Assembly: GCA_965637545.1 (NCBI GenBank)
Contig: OZ281495.1
Span: 12,524,001-12,588,000, forward strand
Direction: 5' to 3'
Length of the DNA stretch: 64,000 nt
From: Phallusia mammillata
Lineage: Eukaryota
Made by a program: the position numbers and the translations under genes. This document shows, piece after piece, positions 60,945 through 64,000 of the stretch. The stretch's first letter is position 1; each line of letters opens with the position of its first letter. The notes beneath the pieces are model-generated. The model searched no databases. It was not told the DNA's origin and saw nothing but the letters and a program-made list of their open reading frames with translations.

Positions 60945-63051
60945 GATTTTATCTTTTTATGTTAATGTTAGGTTTTGTAATACATTGTTAAATGAATATT
61001 CTAGAATGTAGCTTGGTGATCCTATCAAGCTACAAGAATAATGGCTGGTTACCTTAAAAACAGTTCACCTTGCTATTAAAACCATTTTGAGATTAATGAA
61101 GAAATAAAAGTTGTATACTCCAGCAAACTAAAATCTTTAATATGATTGGTACACAACACATCATTTTGTTTTTAAACGGATGAAAATGTGCTCAACTAAA
61201 TATTCTTTCCCAAACTGTTTTTGAAAATCTGCCTCTATAATTTGGGCAAAGTTTGTTTTAACAATACCAACTTTCGCTAACTCATTAATATCAATTTGTA
61301 TTTTCAACTGACCCAGCGTAATGTTACGTTACGGTTGGCCTTAAGTTAACCATTAACGGTTAACTTAACTGCACAGTATGCTAGCAAAACAAGTTCCTAA
61401 CCGATTACAACACTGATGGACTTGAGTTCGTAAGAACCAGTCATACCACAACAAAGTTGTACCTGGCAGTATTTACCCGCTATCACATTATAATTGCCTG
61501 CCTCAACTTTACCTAACTATCAATTCAATAATTTCAATCCAATCGAGTGAAGAGGTATTATCCGCCACTAGGCAATTTGTTACGTCACACAGTGCGATAC
61601 GGCTCGTTGAACAACAGACCTTGAAGGAATGTGGGGAAATACAGATGACGTCAGATGACACCATGTAGGCACCTGTTTTCGGGCATGTTAATCTCTTCGG
61701 TAAGTTTGCCAACACATACTTTGTAAAGAAGACGAAATTTCCCGGTGTTGCGGGTGGGTCGTGAAGCAGAAAATTTACTTCTCAATTCGCAAAAAAACTA
61801 AAATGTCTCAGTTTGTACTCTTTTTGACAGTAGGCAACAAAATCTAGGAAAAATAGGCTTTAAAAACCAAGTTAACCAACCAGTTAAATTTTTTTCTTAC
61901 TTAGGAAAAACAAGAATAAAGCAATTCTCAATCACTCCCTTTCCGTCTTTGGCAACGAACGAACCCTCACAAAACAATACAGGCTAACGTGCCTTTGTAC
62001 GCACGTAACGTTTTATTGTCTGTCGTATTTACTATTTATATAATTATTGACGATGAATTTAGTATGTAGGCATCACAAAACGTCGCTTGACACCGATTTC
62101 CACCTGTAGCGGTCATCATGTTATTGTGTACAATGTTTACATTAACGGTTGCATTTTCGTGCAAAAGCGTTTCATAGAACGATGGGAAATGGATTTAAAC
62201 TTCACTCTTCACAATAAGTTTTCAAAGATCTAACATTCCCGTTCGTTCAATAGCTAAGAAATATTAAGTCATTTTGCTCATTTAGAATGTTCTGCGCAAA
62301 ATAAGGTATTTGCTCATCATTGCACATACAAATCCTCCTGTTTATACTGTCGTTTCCGGTTCAAGTTTAAAGTAGGACACAGCAGCTCGGTTAGAGAGCA
62401 CTATGACTTTATAAAATTACATATTTGCCATAAAATACATTCTGTTACTAAAAGGAAAAAGGGTTAGTGTTGAACTCGACTACAAATAAGATGTTTTCCT
62501 TTCTATTTGAAAGGAGAGAGGTTTCTATGGCGAAATTTTTGAATGTGAAATTGTTGAAATTTATTGCTGTTAATTCGCCTACTCAAGAATACAAAAAAGA
62601 GACACTCTGTGTGGCTGTTAATCAGTCAGCTGTTATTGAGATGCAACGATCAGACTTACCAAACAATTTGTTATAAATATTATAGTTTACACTGCAGATG
62701 CCCTTTACACTGCAGCTGCCCTTTAAGGCGTCACCGAGGCAGGCTCAGTCACACACCCATATGCACCCAGCATTGCAAACATTTTTTGTCTTGATTGTCA
62801 GAACGCTTGCTGTATATGCGCAGGCTAGCCTACATACATGTACTATTTTTTCTATTGTATGAACAAAATATATGAGCATGCATATACTTACGTACGTACA
62901 TGTCACTCTAAACTTTGGTGATGAAGACAAAATTTATTTGGAGTTTGTGGCTTTTTTTTGATTGAAGCCGTATATATAAATGACGATTCGGCTTACCAGA
63001 TGCAGACTAAAAATACAGCATTGTGACGAAATTGTGACGAAACAGTATTGT

Positions 63052-63427
63052 CAGGGTTGCCATCGACATGGACCCCAAAATAAGGACAACCAAAAAACTA
63101 AATTTTTGTTTGAAACTAAACAAACGTTTTTGAACAAATCTTTGCTTATATACGAACCATGATATATCACATGCCATTATTTTTGACAGAAAGAATCTAT
63201 TCCAGGAACTCCTTGTTTGTAGAAAATACTTTGTGTATCTCATGACAGGTTTAGATTTACTTTTCATTAGCAGGGATTTGACTTGTAATTGTTGAAAATA
63301 AGACAAAATAAGGACTCAAGTCAAAACTAAAGGACATTTCTTAGAAATAAGGACAATACATTTTTCCAAGACACGGCCCTTCAAAATAATGACAAATCTT
63401 AGAAATAAGGACGGTATGGCAACCCTG
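63052..63427. mobile_element. hAT MITE (CAGGGTTGCCA-type)
   Basis: TIRs CAGGGTTGCCAT / ATGGCAACCCTG; exact 8-bp TSD AGTATTGT; repeated AATAAGGAC motifs. Confidence 0.9.
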
Positions 63428-63477
63428 AGTATTGTTTTCCCCGTGGATTTCGGAATCAATCAACCGCCTGTCTACGG

Positions 63478-63821
63478 CAGGGGTTTCAAACTCGCGGCCC
63501 GCGGGCCGCATGCGGCCCACAGAGCCCTCTAATGCGACCCTCAAACACTCAACAACAATTGTAGTATTTTGTAAGATAATTATCTAAGCTTAAATATATT
63601 ACATTTTTGTGAAGTTATTATTTAAAACAGACATTTACAGAAATTGAATTTATAAATAAACTCATATGTTATGAATGGAAACGATAATAAAACCGTTCCT
63701 CTGACTAAAAATAAGCGTTAAATTTGAGTGTAAAAAATAGATTAAAATTACATGCGGCCCTTGGGGCATTATTTCCAAACTGCAATATGGCCCTCGAACC
63801 CCCACGAGTTTAACACCCCTG
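63478..63821. mobile_element. hAT-Charlie MITE
   Basis: TIRs CAGGGGTTTCAAACTCG / CGAGTTTAACACCCCTG; TSD GTCTACGG / GTCTATGG (1 mismatch); GCGGCCC motifs. Confidence 0.88.
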
Positions 63822-63837
63822 GTCTATGGCATCCACC

Positions 63838-64000
63838 CTGTGGTGGGATTCATTTTTTTGTCAGCCGGTTCTATCACAAAAGTCATATTTCGCAGCCGGT
63901 TATATTACAAAAAGTGCATTGACAGTAACCAGTAATGCTAACCGGTTCGCTGATCTCAATTATTTTTCGTGAGACGATTCTATAGCACCGGTGCAACCTG
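63838..64000. mobile_element. Left part of a hAT-like MITE, cut by the window end
   Basis: CTGTGGTGGGATTC terminus followed by repeated CCGGTT motifs. Confidence 0.5.

Noticed and set aside
61509-61715. Extra coding first exon for the SH3BP5-family gene
   Set aside because: Its donor is phase 2 and does not fit the phase-1 downstream exon; at most a 5'UTR exon or uORF.

Overview
AT-rich, compact, intron-containing animal genomic DNA. Gene density, short introns and chordate-type proteins suggest an ascidian/tunicate, but this is inference. Nine protein-coding genes were reconstructed by hand from splice sites and motifs: the 3' part of a kinase-less TRPM1/3-like channel (+), SNAPC3 (-), an intronless CENPJ/CPAP/SAS-4 (+), YTHDC2 (+), a RING-Bbox-Bbox-CC-NHL TRIM gene (-) nested in a YTHDC2 intron, an MCF2L/DBS-type RhoGEF (-), MRPS17 (-), ZNHIT3 (+) and an SH3BP5-family Rab11 GEF (-). 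Introns carry many small non-autonomous elements (hAT, PIF/Harbinger, Tc1/pogo, Helentron-like, tRNA-SINEs, a LINE 3' fragment). The strongest non-coding signal is a complete type I hammerhead ribozyme (2006-2057, - strand). It lies in a 244-bp, highly structured insertion flanked by a 12-bp duplication, i.e. a retrozyme-like element in a TRPM intron. A second, minimal Penelope-type hammerhead sits in a YTHDC2 intron. Other leads: a YTH domain that appears to have lost its m6A aromatic cage, an operon-like or shared-first-exon CENPJ-YTHDC2 arrangement, and a dynein-adaptor CC1-box-like segment at the N-terminus of the SH3BP5 protein. All homology calls are from recalled motifs; no searches were run.
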